Origin: Barthelona sp. PCE
Lineage: Eukaryota
Direction of reading: 5' to 3'
Assembly: GCA_040285745.1 (NCBI GenBank)
Contig: JAUFOR010000003.1
Span: forward strand, 620,001 to 684,000
Length of the DNA stretch: 64,000 nucleotides
Shown here: piece after piece, positions 1 to 10,300 of the stretch
How the letters are laid out: the number at the start of each line of letters is the position of its first letter
Position numbering within the stretch: position 1 is the first letter of the stretch
Notes under the pieces: model-generated
Databases searched by the model: none
The model's input: only the letters and a program-made list of their open reading frames with translations
Told to the model about the DNA's origin: nothing
Made by a program: the position numbers and the translations under genes

Positions 1-2
1 TT

Positions 3-818
3 AAGCCGATCAAGGCTGGCGATGAAATCACAGTTTCGTGGATTAAGCTCTTCCAGTCAGCTCCCAAGAGACAGCAACAGCTCATGGGAATACGCGGAAC
101 AAGGTGTCAATGTGAGCGATGCACTTCACCCGAGCGTGTCGAATATGACCAGCAATTTGATTCACTCGTGTGCCCTGAATGTGAGCAACAAGCTCTTGTC
201 ATCACCCCTTCTAAGCAGGGCGTCTGTTATGCATGCAAGCACGTCACCAGTGATAAGTACATCACCGATATCCAGACTCAGCTGCGTCTTCTTGAGGACA
301 CGTTCAAAACTATTCTGAACCAACGCTCAAACAATGAATTCGAGAAATTGTCTCGCGCAAGTAATCAGTACTGTAAGATCAGCGAGTATTGCAAGGCAAA
401 GTTCGGAGAGAAGAATGCAGACTACCTTGAGGTTATTAAGAAGAGAACAACTTTAACAAAGCGTTTGCGTAATTGGAAGAGTGCATTAGAAGCAGTTGAT
501 GAGGTTCTCCGCTGGGTTGATGACGAGAAGGTCATCACACCTTATAACCCAGAACGTGGTGAGTTGTTGCTTGCACGCATTTTCTACAGATTGGAGTGGA
601 TTAAAGATTTGGAGAATGTAACTGTTGAAGAATTGAAGAAGCCTGCTCTGGCTAAAGCACTTAAGCGCGATATTATCAAGAAGAGGGAATTGCTGGACAC
701 TGTAAGAGAAATATTCACTGTTGTTGAAGGTGAAAACTCTGCTCATATCAAATCAGCCGATAAGTTTGATTTAGTAATTGCTGAATTTATGAACGATCCC
801 ACCATTGCCAGGAAATAA
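3..818 (+). CDS. SMYD-like SET-domain protein, 3' part (gene starts before the window)
   Basis: The frame is open from base 3 and reads KPIKAGDEITVSW (end of a SET domain), then a post-SET CQCERC, further CxxC pairs (CPEC, CYAC) and a helical C-terminus. The listed Met at 84 is internal. Confidence 0.75.
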   Translation, partial: KPIKAGDEITVSWIKLFQSAPKRQQQLMGIRGTRCQCERCTSPERVEYDQQFDSLVCPECEQQALVITPSKQGVCYACKHVTSDKYITDIQTQLRLLEDTFKTILNQRSNNEFEKLSRASNQYCKISEYCKAKFGEKNADYLEVIKKRTTLTKRLRNWKSALEAVDEVLRWVDDEKVITPYNPERGELLLARIFYRLEWIKDLENVTVEELKKPALAKALKRDIIKKRELLDTVREIFTVVEGENSAHIKSADKFDLVIAEFMNDPTIARK

Positions 819-830
819 ATATATTTTGTT

Positions 831-3560
831 TTATTCACATTTTTCTGAATCTTCTTCAACCTCAACTTTTTCAGAAACTTCATGTTCGAGGTCTAAAGGT
901 TTCACATCCTCATCCTTTGGCTGAGCTACGTGCTTAACCACGGCAGGAGTTAATGGATGCATCTCTTCTTCCAAACTGGTCTCAATAGCAGTGTTCCAAG
1001 CATTACCTAACGTATTTGCTCCTTTAAAGAAGCCTTTCACACGATCTCTAAGTCGACGCTTCTGCCCAAGCCCGATAAGTCGACTCTGTTGCTTTGTGAG
1101 CCCGAGATAACTGGCAATCACAGGCAACATAACACTTCGAGATTCAGGGACAGTTAAATAGTCTACAAAGAATTCTGCACATGCCGCACGATCAACGTAC
1201 AGTATAGGCACTGAAAGGTCATTGTTAATCTCAACCTCTTGATGGTCAAAACCCAAGGTTTCCAACAATGAACGTGTTTCGCTCGTTGCTGAAGTGGCTG
1301 CTGCTTCTACATCGATTGAGCATCTCATATACCACTGCATTAATGACTCATGCACAGCCTTAAACAAAGGAGCGTACTCGCAACTTTCACTTTTTTCGGT
1401 TGAAACCCGTTTCAATTCCTCAATTTCATTTTTCTTCATATCCAATTCCTTGTTTTGCGCTTCAATTGTCGATTCCAGATTGACAATCGATGAACGTAAA
1501 CCAGATAGGACACGCATGTTCTTCACCAACTCCAGCTCTCGATCAACAGCTAGCTTCTCACGCTCACTGTCCTTCTCTGATTGATTGGTCAACTTAACGT
1601 TAAGATTTGCTATTTCAGTATCTTTCTCGGTGATACAACTCTTCAAAGACTGTACTTCAGTGTTCAACTCAGTCATCTGATCTAAACGCTTCTTGTAAGT
1701 GTTTAACCTATCCTTCAGTCCTGCAATTGTCAATTCAAGATCACCAACAACGGTTTTCTTTGCAGCTAATTCTGCATTCAAGCCGTCTACCTCATTATCG
1801 AGTGCAACTTTTGCAGTCTGTAGTTCTGTCAATGAAGCTGAATTCTTTCTCAATGCTCCTAAGTGTTTCTTATTCTCGCTCATAAGCTTCTTAATGTAAT
1901 TAATTTGATCTTCAATATCAAACTGTTGAGTTTCTATTGTTTTTTTGAATGACAGTTCAGCAATCTTCAACTCTTGAAGTTCTTTTACCGTTTCATTATA
2001 CTTGGCACTCACTTTCTTTTGTTTTGATTCTGCAATTTTGACACCGACTAGTGCATCTTCCTTCTCCTCATCAGCAAGATTCTTTTGCTGTGTGAGTTCT
2101 GCAACAATTTTACCCATTTCTTCAGTTTGTTCAATAAATTTCTCAGAACGTTCAACAAAATCTTTTTCAATCACCAAAATTTTGTTTTCCTTCTCCTTGA
2201 GCTCTTCGGTGACCTCCTCAAACTCTTTGTTGCGTTCTTCCAGCTGTTTCTTTAATGATTCAACATTTTCTCTACTAGTTTCCAATAACTTTTCTAACTC
2301 ACCAATGCGAGTAATGAACTCGTCTGATTTGTTCTTGAAACCATCGGATTCGGCATTCACATGCATCATTTCATCCTCCTTTGCAGCTAACTTCGTTCGC
2401 AACTCCTCAAGAGATGTCGTTGTATCAGCCATATTAGCTTCGAGTTCACTGATTTGCTCACGATAACCTGATATTTCAGATTCATTAACGTCAATTGCAT
2501 GTTCTCTCTCAACAATAGTTGCTTCTTGATCAGTAACACGCATTTCCATCTCAGCTTTTTGTTGTGTGAGTTCTGTGACCATGATATCCAACTCCGAGCA
2601 TCGACCATCAAGTTCCATCATCTCTGACTTATTCTGCTTGATTTCAACCTTCATTTCTTCGATTGTGCACATCAACTCTTTTTCATTATTGTTTGCTTCT
2701 GTCATTGCTTGCTCCTTCAATGTATCAAGCTCGTTGGTTAAATCAACTGAGTTGTCCTTCAACTGCTTGATCTCAGCACGAAGAGCATCAATCGTGCTAC
2801 CAGATTCAACTTCAATAATCTTCTCAACTTCAACAACTTTTTCAACTTCAATAATTTTCTCCACCTCAACCGGCACTTCAACTATCTTCTCCACTTCAAC
2901 TTCAACTGTCTTTTCAATCGCAGATTCTTCTAAATCAACAATACGAGCCTTTAAATGTTCATTTTTTTTGATAATTTCCATATCTATCTCAGACATCGGT
3001 GCTTCATTCGGAGTCGATGCTAATTTCTTGGTTAGCTGTGTGTTTTGCATCTCCATTAACTGCAATGAGCTTTTAGTCTTTTCAAGCTGACTTTTCAATC
3101 CTGCAATTTCGATTTTCTGAAGCTCAGCAGCAGCTCTATACTTTTTGCCTTCGTTGCTTCCCGATGTTAGTCTCAGACGTACAATATCTTTTTGTAAACG
3201 CTTGATTTCAGTATCAGATTTTTCTTTTTGAATCTCCTGTTGTCTGATTAATTTCTCCTGTTCTATTAGCGCTTTGTCATGCTTTTGGAGAGCGTCTGTG
3301 AGCAGATGGTTCAATCTTTCGTTCTCTCGTTCTAAATCAGTAGAGCTTGACTTTAGAGGTGTATTTTTTGGAGTTCTTCTGGGTGTTGCTGTACTGACAA
3401 CGGGTACTGATGGTGAATCTTTCGGTTTGGTGGGTGTCAGAGGAAACTTATGAGAATTACTATTTCTTGTCGGTGTAGAAATCCGAGTTTCACTTTCCTC
3501 ATCTTCCTCTATCTTTAGCGCATCAGATAGTGCCGCAAGCCCCTTTTTAAAAAAAGCCAT
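831..3560 (-). CDS. Long coiled-coil golgin with C-terminal GRAB-like domain (GMAP-210/Rud3 type)
   Basis: About 700 aa of heptad coiled coil. The C-terminal VDRAACAEFFVDYL...MLPVIASYLGLTKQQSRLIGL resembles a GRAB domain and is followed by a GA1-like TLGNAW. First ATG at 3560. Confidence 0.65.
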   Translation of the reverse strand: MAFFKKGLAALSDALKIEEDEESETRISTPTRNSNSHKFPLTPTKPKDSPSVPVVSTATPRRTPKNTPLKSSSTDLERENERLNHLLTDALQKHDKALIEQEKLIRQQEIQKEKSDTEIKRLQKDIVRLRLTSGSNEGKKYRAAAELQKIEIAGLKSQLEKTKSSLQLMEMQNTQLTKKLASTPNEAPMSEIDMEIIKKNEHLKARIVDLEESAIEKTVEVEVEKIVEVPVEVEKIIEVEKVVEVEKIIEVESGSTIDALRAEIKQLKDNSVDLTNELDTLKEQAMTEANNNEKELMCTIEEMKVEIKQNKSEMMELDGRCSELDIMVTELTQQKAEMEMRVTDQEATIVEREHAIDVNESEISGYREQISELEANMADTTTSLEELRTKLAAKEDEMMHVNAESDGFKNKSDEFITRIGELEKLLETSRENVESLKKQLEERNKEFEEVTEELKEKENKILVIEKDFVERSEKFIEQTEEMGKIVAELTQQKNLADEEKEDALVGVKIAESKQKKVSAKYNETVKELQELKIAELSFKKTIETQQFDIEDQINYIKKLMSENKKHLGALRKNSASLTELQTAKVALDNEVDGLNAELAAKKTVVGDLELTIAGLKDRLNTYKKRLDQMTELNTEVQSLKSCITEKDTEIANLNVKLTNQSEKDSEREKLAVDRELELVKNMRVLSGLRSSIVNLESTIEAQNKELDMKKNEIEELKRVSTEKSESCEYAPLFKAVHESLMQWYMRCSIDVEAAATSATSETRSLLETLGFDHQEVEINNDLSVPILYVDRAACAEFFVDYLTVPESRSVMLPVIASYLGLTKQQSRLIGLGQKRRLRDRVKGFFKGANTLGNAWNTAIETSLEEEMHPLTPAVVKHVAQPKDEDVKPLDLEHEVSEKVEVEEDSEKCE
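2805..2915 (-). repeat. Coding VEVEKI/VPV low-complexity repeat inside the golgin
   Basis: Translation EKTVEVEVEKIVEVPVEVEKIIEVEKVVEVEKIIEVE; imperfect ~18-nt periodicity. Confidence 0.8.
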
Positions 3561-3699
3561 CAATGAAAAGGATGATATATGCTATTCCATGTATAATTCA
3601 TACATTCATAACTAACTATTGTGTTTATTGTGGGTGTCTGTGCTATTTATAAAGGTTCATTTTATCATGATGCTGAAAAATGATCGGGAATAATTCCAT

Positions 3700-4701
3700 C
3701 TAATACATTCTTTCATGTTCTTCAAAAATTCTAGCTTTCTGATCAGGTGTAATATCCATGAAATCTGAGTAATGATCAAATCCAATGTGTTTGTTAAGAA
3801 ATTCACTTATTTCAATGTCAACAAATGGAGGTCGTTCGGAATTGTGGTCTCCAACTGGAAGTGATATCATCTTACAGTGTGTTTTCAAGTGATCCGGCAC
3901 CAAATCATGTAGATCTACACAATGCTGATGAGGAATTAGAGAATCATGCTGGGCATGTATGAAAAGCACTGGAACACTAAGAGTTGGAAGTATAGATTCC
4001 TGATCTAAGTCATAAATGTTCATTGTATTATCTGTACGCTTTCTGATCGATCTATTAAGTAAACGTAAAATGCTTCTGATTAGTACTGTAGGACATTTGG
4101 GCACAGAATTTTTTACGATGTCAATGCATAATCTATCTAATCTGGCAAATGGAGAGTCACATATCATACATGCAATGTTGGAATCCAATAATAAACAATA
4201 ACGTAAGGCTGCTACAGATCCCATGGAACGAGCGTGCAAGACAACTGAACCTAATCTGGTGTCTGATCGAATATGCTTCACAACAGTGGCTATATCGTGT
4301 ATTTCTGTGGCGCCGAGTGTTACACAGTTCTGCTCTTCCAAAGTTGGAGCACGTCTAGATTGGCCACATCCATTAAAGTCAAAACCGTAGATACAAAAAC
4401 CTAGAGACATGTAAAGGTCAATAGAGCCCAATGCTTCCAGTCTACATGATGCATTACCATGACAAATGAGGACGACAGGAATTTTTGTCGCATCCTTATC
4501 GTTTGAAAAATGATTGTCGACTGGAACCCACCGTGAAACTGGCAACAGTGAGTTGTTTTCCTCACAAAATAGTTTGAAATCTTCTCTAACATAGACCAAC
4601 TTTTTGGAATTCAGTACCCTATCCTCTAAATGCTCTTCTGTATAACGTGCAACAGGTGGACGAACTAAGGAATCGACAAGATCCCTCCAAAACTGTGGCA
4701 T
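3700..4701 (-). CDS. Alpha/beta hydrolase (YqkD/ABHD-like)
   Basis: CHGNASCR oxyanion region, FDFNGCGQS, nucleophile elbow ARSMG, CDSPF, HAQHDSLIP (Asp) and GDHNSERP (His). Confidence 0.85.
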   Translation of the reverse strand: MPQFWRDLVDSLVRPPVARYTEEHLEDRVLNSKKLVYVREDFKLFCEENNSLLPVSRWVPVDNHFSNDKDATKIPVVLICHGNASCRLEALGSIDLYMSLGFCIYGFDFNGCGQSRRAPTLEEQNCVTLGATEIHDIATVVKHIRSDTRLGSVVLHARSMGSVAALRYCLLLDSNIACMICDSPFARLDRLCIDIVKNSVPKCPTVLIRSILRLLNRSIRKRTDNTMNIYDLDQESILPTLSVPVLFIHAQHDSLIPHQHCVDLHDLVPDHLKTHCKMISLPVGDHNSERPPFVDIEISEFLNKHIGFDHYSDFMDITPDQKARIFEEHERMY

Positions 4702-4738
4702 TTTCGAAAAATGGATAAATATGTGAAAACAAGCAATT

Positions 4739-5887
4739 TTATTGACTCTTATGTCTAAACAAACACATATATGCTACTGGCATATCGGGGGTGCCAAAAA
4801 TCTTCTTAATATCATTGTAAGGCATCTCAGTAACATTGTGATCATCAAAATACCACCAAGTCCTACTCTTGGGAGCCTTTCTAATGTAACCTAAATAGTG
4901 TCCTGAATTTGCACTTCTACCCTTATGCGCTACAATACCACAAAATTCGTATTTACCAGTCTTAATATTCTCATTTTCTTCCCTTTCATTCATAATTTGT
5001 TGTTTCAATTCTCCATCAACCATAATCGGTAAAGCATCCAACTCACGAGGAATCGTGATCTTCTTAGTAATTTTAACAGTCTCATTGATGTCTGGTCTAA
5101 AACTGAAACGCATTAAATGAACTATAAGATAGCTTGGTAATTTGGATACTGATTCATGAGGTAAAATCTCACTCAGATGTGATGTGTCACGTGTTACAGG
5201 ACATTGAAGGAATAGATCTTCAGAACCAAAATCAAACAATTGACGCATTTCTGGTACATCTGCCAGTAATAATTGTAAAAATTCCTGAGCATCTTGTTGC
5301 AAAAATCCTCCACGCTCTCCACGTTCAGCAAACTGTGGGTGCCTTGCGCGGAATGAATTCACAAACTCAGAGGGATGATATGAAGATGATGCCTCGTTCT
5401 GCATAAATTCAAATAAATTGAAAAATTTCAAGCCAAAATCACTAGAAATACCTTCAAATACCTCATGATTAGCAAGGAACAATGGGCGAATCATCTGAAG
5501 TGCAGAGTTCATGTAACAGGTGTTGCCCAGGTTATGTAAACCAACTGGTGTAACTTCCGCTTTATCTCGAGCTATGAGTACAACATTTCTATTTGCTTCT
5601 TCAGAAGTCATATCCTCGACGAAGCGCAGCTTGACACCAGATGTGGGTGCAGCCTCAGACGCACCAACGACTAAGAGCTCATGAGGAATGTCACAAGACG
5701 TTAAGTCATGATCATCGGATAACGGCCCGTCTGGGAAGCCCAAAACCATCTGGTTTTCGGGAATTATGTTCAATAACGCTGATATTAAGATCTTAAGATC
5801 GAGACCTGAACAGGTCTTGGTCTGATCTACTGTAAACTCAAATCTCTGCCTTCCCCAGTGTAGCTTAACTAATTTTTCGACTTCCAT
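4739..5887 (-). CDS. UBP6: Proteasome-associated deubiquitinase Ubp6/USP14
   Basis: N-terminal ubiquitin-like domain, FVEDMT linker, Cys box GLHNLGNTCYMNS, QQDAQEF, His box HKGRSANSGHY and WWYFDD. First ATG at 5887. Confidence 0.88.
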   Translation of the reverse strand: MEVEKLVKLHWGRQRFEFTVDQTKTCSGLDLKILISALLNIIPENQMVLGFPDGPLSDDHDLTSCDIPHELLVVGASEAAPTSGVKLRFVEDMTSEEANRNVVLIARDKAEVTPVGLHNLGNTCYMNSALQMIRPLFLANHEVFEGISSDFGLKFFNLFEFMQNEASSSYHPSEFVNSFRARHPQFAERGERGGFLQQDAQEFLQLLLADVPEMRQLFDFGSEDLFLQCPVTRDTSHLSEILPHESVSKLPSYLIVHLMRFSFRPDINETVKITKKITIPRELDALPIMVDGELKQQIMNEREENENIKTGKYEFCGIVAHKGRSANSGHYLGYIRKAPKSRTWWYFDDHNVTEMPYNDIKKIFGTPDMPVAYMCLFRHKSQ

Positions 5888-6465
5888 CTTAAGAAAAGGG
5901 TGATAAATCAAAATACGGCTTGAAAGTGTTGCAGTTAAAATGTTAGTATTTAATGTTTGCTCATCTTTCAACAATGTAAAAGTCTTTTATTCACCACTAA
6001 ATTATTACTTTGGACAGTATAAAAGATGGTTTTACTCTTTACACAAAACTTTAAAAATTCATCCAAGAACTGAATTTTATGGAACTAGTCAACAATATTC
6101 ATGGAATATGCAGTACAATGAAGGTAATTAACATGAGCTCTAACTAATTCCAACGACAAGATATCGTTTTAGTTTTTCATTGTGTTACAATAAGTTTCAA
6201 AGGTTTAAATGCTGATGGTATGACTATATGAAACATAACAGATACTCAGCATGCAAAACTAGCCGTGTTGTGGATAAAAAAAATTCTGTGAATTACAGCA
6301 GTTTGTAAAGTGTGTTTGGCGTTCTGTTGAAACGATTTACATGTGGAATATGTGGTACTTTCAAAGAGAAGATAATGTAAAAATATATTTGAGTTTCTCA
6401 CTCTCTTCATCCTTTTTAACCTTTTTTTTAGCGTTTTTGAACCTCCTTTGGCCCCTAAACACATA

Positions 6466-7098
6466 ATGTCTGCAGAACCCCCAAAGATCGTTCTTCTAGG
6501 AGATAAAGCAGTTGGAAAAACCGCATCTGTTCGCAAATTCTTATCAAATGAATTTGAAGCAGAGTACACAGTCACAATCGGCTGCGATTATCAAAATGCT
6601 GAAATCGAGTTGGAAGACAAAAATGGAAATCCTGTTTCTCAACCCGTTTGCATTTGGGATATCGCTGGGCAAAGTAAGACTGTGCAATACACCAGCGTAT
6701 TCTACCGTGGAGCCACTGCTGCACTGGTATTGTTCGATTTGACCAACTTTGAAACACTGGAGAGCGTTGCCGTTTGGCGTGAGATGCTCTTGAATAACTG
6801 TGGTTTTGATCAGGAGGTGCCCACTATGCTCCTCGGCCACAAGTGCGATCTTCTTTCTGATGAAGATCAAGCTGCTGCCTTAGAAAATATTCAAACCGAG
6901 GCCAAGAAGCACGGTTTCAACTTCTTCGATATCACATCTGCATACACTGGTAAGAATATTCACGAATCATTCGAAACTATTGTCAAAGCTGCTCTGAAAT
7001 TCCAACTAGAAATGGAAGAAAACGATAGCGAAAACGAAGAGGAATATGTAGACGTAGAAGAAGAAGAGGACAGTGGCAATACTGGTTGCGGTTGTTAA
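6466..7098 (+). CDS. Rab GTPase, Rab32/38/29-like
   Basis: GDKAVGKT, TIGCD, WDIAGQ (signature of the Rab32/38/29 group), TSA and a C-terminal CGC prenylation motif. ATG at 6466. Confidence 0.85.
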   Translation: MSAEPPKIVLLGDKAVGKTASVRKFLSNEFEAEYTVTIGCDYQNAEIELEDKNGNPVSQPVCIWDIAGQSKTVQYTSVFYRGATAALVLFDLTNFETLESVAVWREMLLNNCGFDQEVPTMLLGHKCDLLSDEDQAAALENIQTEAKKHGFNFFDITSAYTGKNIHESFETIVKAALKFQLEMEENDSENEEEYVDVEEEEDSGNTGCGC

Positions 7099-7386
7099 TT
7101 ATTAATAAACATTAATTTGATGTATTTTGGTTGGTTATTTACTTTATTTTCACTGCTTATCTTCACTATAAACAAAAAAAAAGTGAATTTGTGGCTAAAT
7201 CTACGTCATATTACGTCCCATAATCATCCTTTTTGTATAGTCGCAAAATAAACTCTCCTCTTAAAAAAATATCTCTACATAGTATTGTAATTCTCTGTTA
7301 CTTAAAAGACGTTAAGCACCACATGCATACCATTGTGTGTTAAAAAGTATCCCTTTGAGTGCTTAAACTATTCTTACTCTTTTCAA

Positions 7387-10300
7387 ATGGATCCTCGCAT
7401 TAAAGAGACGGTTTTACCACCGCTCAGGCATAGGGAGCACCTCAACAACATAACAAAGGGGTTTTGTGAGAAGTTAGAGCAGGCTACAGCAAAACATAAT
7501 TCTCTAAATGTAGAACCTAGTGCTGATTCCATAGCATTAATGTTGGAAATCGCATCAGATCTCACGGTGTACATGAATAGTGAGGCATACCTTGTGGTCG
7601 ATCGAGAAATCCTTGAGAAGCTTACAAATCTTTCGCTTAAAGCATTATATACACTAAATCCAGGCGAGCAGTTGGGCGATTTATTCCTAACAGTGGTTTT
7701 GTGGGTCTTACGCGCTGTACCAGACATGCATTTTGATGACATTGATTGGGATGCTGTGTTCAGAATGTATGAATACCACTACAATTTCTACACGAAAGAT
7801 AATAAGAGGCGCTCATATAACCTCTTCATGGCTAATTACCTTGATATGTTGAGTTTATTACGTTTTCGAATCCCAGTTGAATATGAAGCAAAACTTATCT
7901 CTAAACTCAAGTATTTACTGTGCCCTGTCGACATCAAAGCGACAACAGCGTGCTCTCTGCTGTCCATGTTTCTCCCATGTGTGTTTACTGACGTGAAACC
8001 AACACCAGACCCTCACGGGTTTATTGGATACGATAGACCATCACGCATGAGCAATTACATCATCGATCAGAACATCGCCAGTGTCACCGCTGCCCCACAT
8101 AGAATCAACACTGATATAACAGAACTGCCATCCAATGGAATTGAGATCATCATGGATTTCTGTTCTTTAAAGAGTGATTATTACGGGGACATGTGTTTTA
8201 TGGCTGACTGGTATGGTTTCCCAGTGCTTATGTGTAACCCCAATGTGAGGTGCACGCATTTTGATCGCGTTGTAGACTTGATTCTTGATATTTTATTGGA
8301 GAACTGGCATTTCCTACCTCACATATTTATGGTACTACCAGATTGTTTGAATGATTTTGTTTATGAGTATTTTGAAAGTTCAAAGATTATTCTCTTTGTT
8401 AACCTTGCGTTAAACCGTCACAACTTTGATGATTTAATTAAAAAGTATCACAACGCTTTACTATTCATTGCAAATAATTCCGCACCTGGTGCAAACGAGA
8501 CTGATCTGTTTTATAACCTCGCACAGCGCTTCTTGCAAGGATACAAGATTCTTATTGATGTTAACAAGCAAAGAAATGAGAAGATGAAACTTACTGACGA
8601 TCAACTCCAGTTTATGCTCAATGGTATGACTGAAGCACTTTTCTATGTCATCATTGGTAGACCTAACCATCGTCTCAACTATTATTACTTGGTTGAAGAA
8701 AAAATGGCATCTCGTTTTGATCATCTTGCATTGCAAACATTGCGTGAACCAGATAGAGTAGGTAAGAAGCTCGCTCTCATTCAAATCCAAACAATGAACT
8801 TGAAGAAGTATTTCACTGATCGGAAATTCCCCGACTACTTTTTGCGGCTCACAATTTTAGCACTCGATATGTTCACAGCGAATGTTCCGGAGATGGCTCT
8901 CCCCATCATCATTCAATATGTGGGTATGTTCTTCAGTCTAATCAGTCCAGACATTGAACCTGAGGACGATTTTGACTTTACTGTGCAACGTTATTTAGAA
9001 GAAATTGGTTACAAATTCGTTGATGTTCTCTTCGACTGTCTCAGAACGAAGGTTAGCTCCAGTGGCATGACGCGCAGCCTTAAGGAGACAATAATTTTCG
9101 CAATATACGAATTTAATCGAGTTTATGCAGCGTTTGAAGAGATGTCCTCTCTCGGTGCTATCTTCATACATTACATTGATCGAGTGAAGGATACTATCCA
9201 GAGCGTCATGATCAACAGCAAAACATCAATCATATACGCAAGGGCGTTGAGTATTTGTCCTCATTTAGTTCAGAAGCAGTCTATGAAAATTATTCGAAGA
9301 ATGACGGAAACAAACGTTAACAATGTAATGCTTAATTCAGCTCTCAACTATCTTCAAATGGGAATATTCAACACACCTATAAAGCTACATTACTATTATG
9401 AACTTGTTCCTCTCTTGCTTGAGTTTGTTACCAATGGTGTTTCGCCCGAAACATTAGAGACTATTTTTTTCACAGTTCAGTGTCTCCTTGTTTCCCTGAT
9501 GACGTGTCGCTATGAGCAGGGTGTTAATCCAAATAGCAAATTTGCTGCTTATGAGACACATAGTTATAAGGATTTTGAATTTGAAATGAAATGTCCTTCC
9601 CAAGAGGATATTGAGCTGATTTCTTCAGAAATGACAGTTGTTCGTGATCTTTATTATTCAGAATTAGAAGCAGGTAATTACACTGCAGCAAGTGTACTGT
9701 TCCATATGCTCACCCCATTCATCCGTTTCTGCCCGGAAAAGAACTACCCTTTACCATACGGGCAGATTTTCTCATACGATCTTGTTACTGACGGAATTCT
9801 TCCAAGTAGCGACGCGGTATTTGACGATCTCGCTGCTATGCTGAACGATGCTATGAATACATCAATGCCTCTAAAGCTGATCAGTTCGTGTATAGAAGCG
9901 CTCTCATTCAGATACATCATCTTTTATCCTTGCGCAGGCCAGGTTATCCTGAAAATGGATGGTGTTATCGAAAATCAATACCGAGCACTCTTCTTAGATC
10001 ACGGGCTGGATGAAACAGACATTTTCGTCTCCGCGTGTTTTGCTGCCACTTATCTCCGGAACCTTCCTCAGTACCACCCTGATATGCAACTGTTATACAT
10101 ACCAAAGAGCATTCTTTGGTTATTGGCCAACGAACACAGCTCAATAAGACAAGCTGCTGGAGAGCTTATACAGCACTTCTTCACACGTTGTAACGATCAC
10201 CCTCTGTTCTTCAAGCCGTATTTCAACATGATCAATGATCTGTTGATCAAAAACCCTGAATCAATGCCCATGGTTGCAAGCTTGACACATGAGCTCACTG

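Noticed and set aside
6211..6250. Hammerhead-like words CTGATG...GAAAC, or a SECIS element
   Set aside because: The core lacks the A of CUGAUGA and a stem III with a UH site. The helix is too short for a SECIS and the site is not in a 3' UTR.
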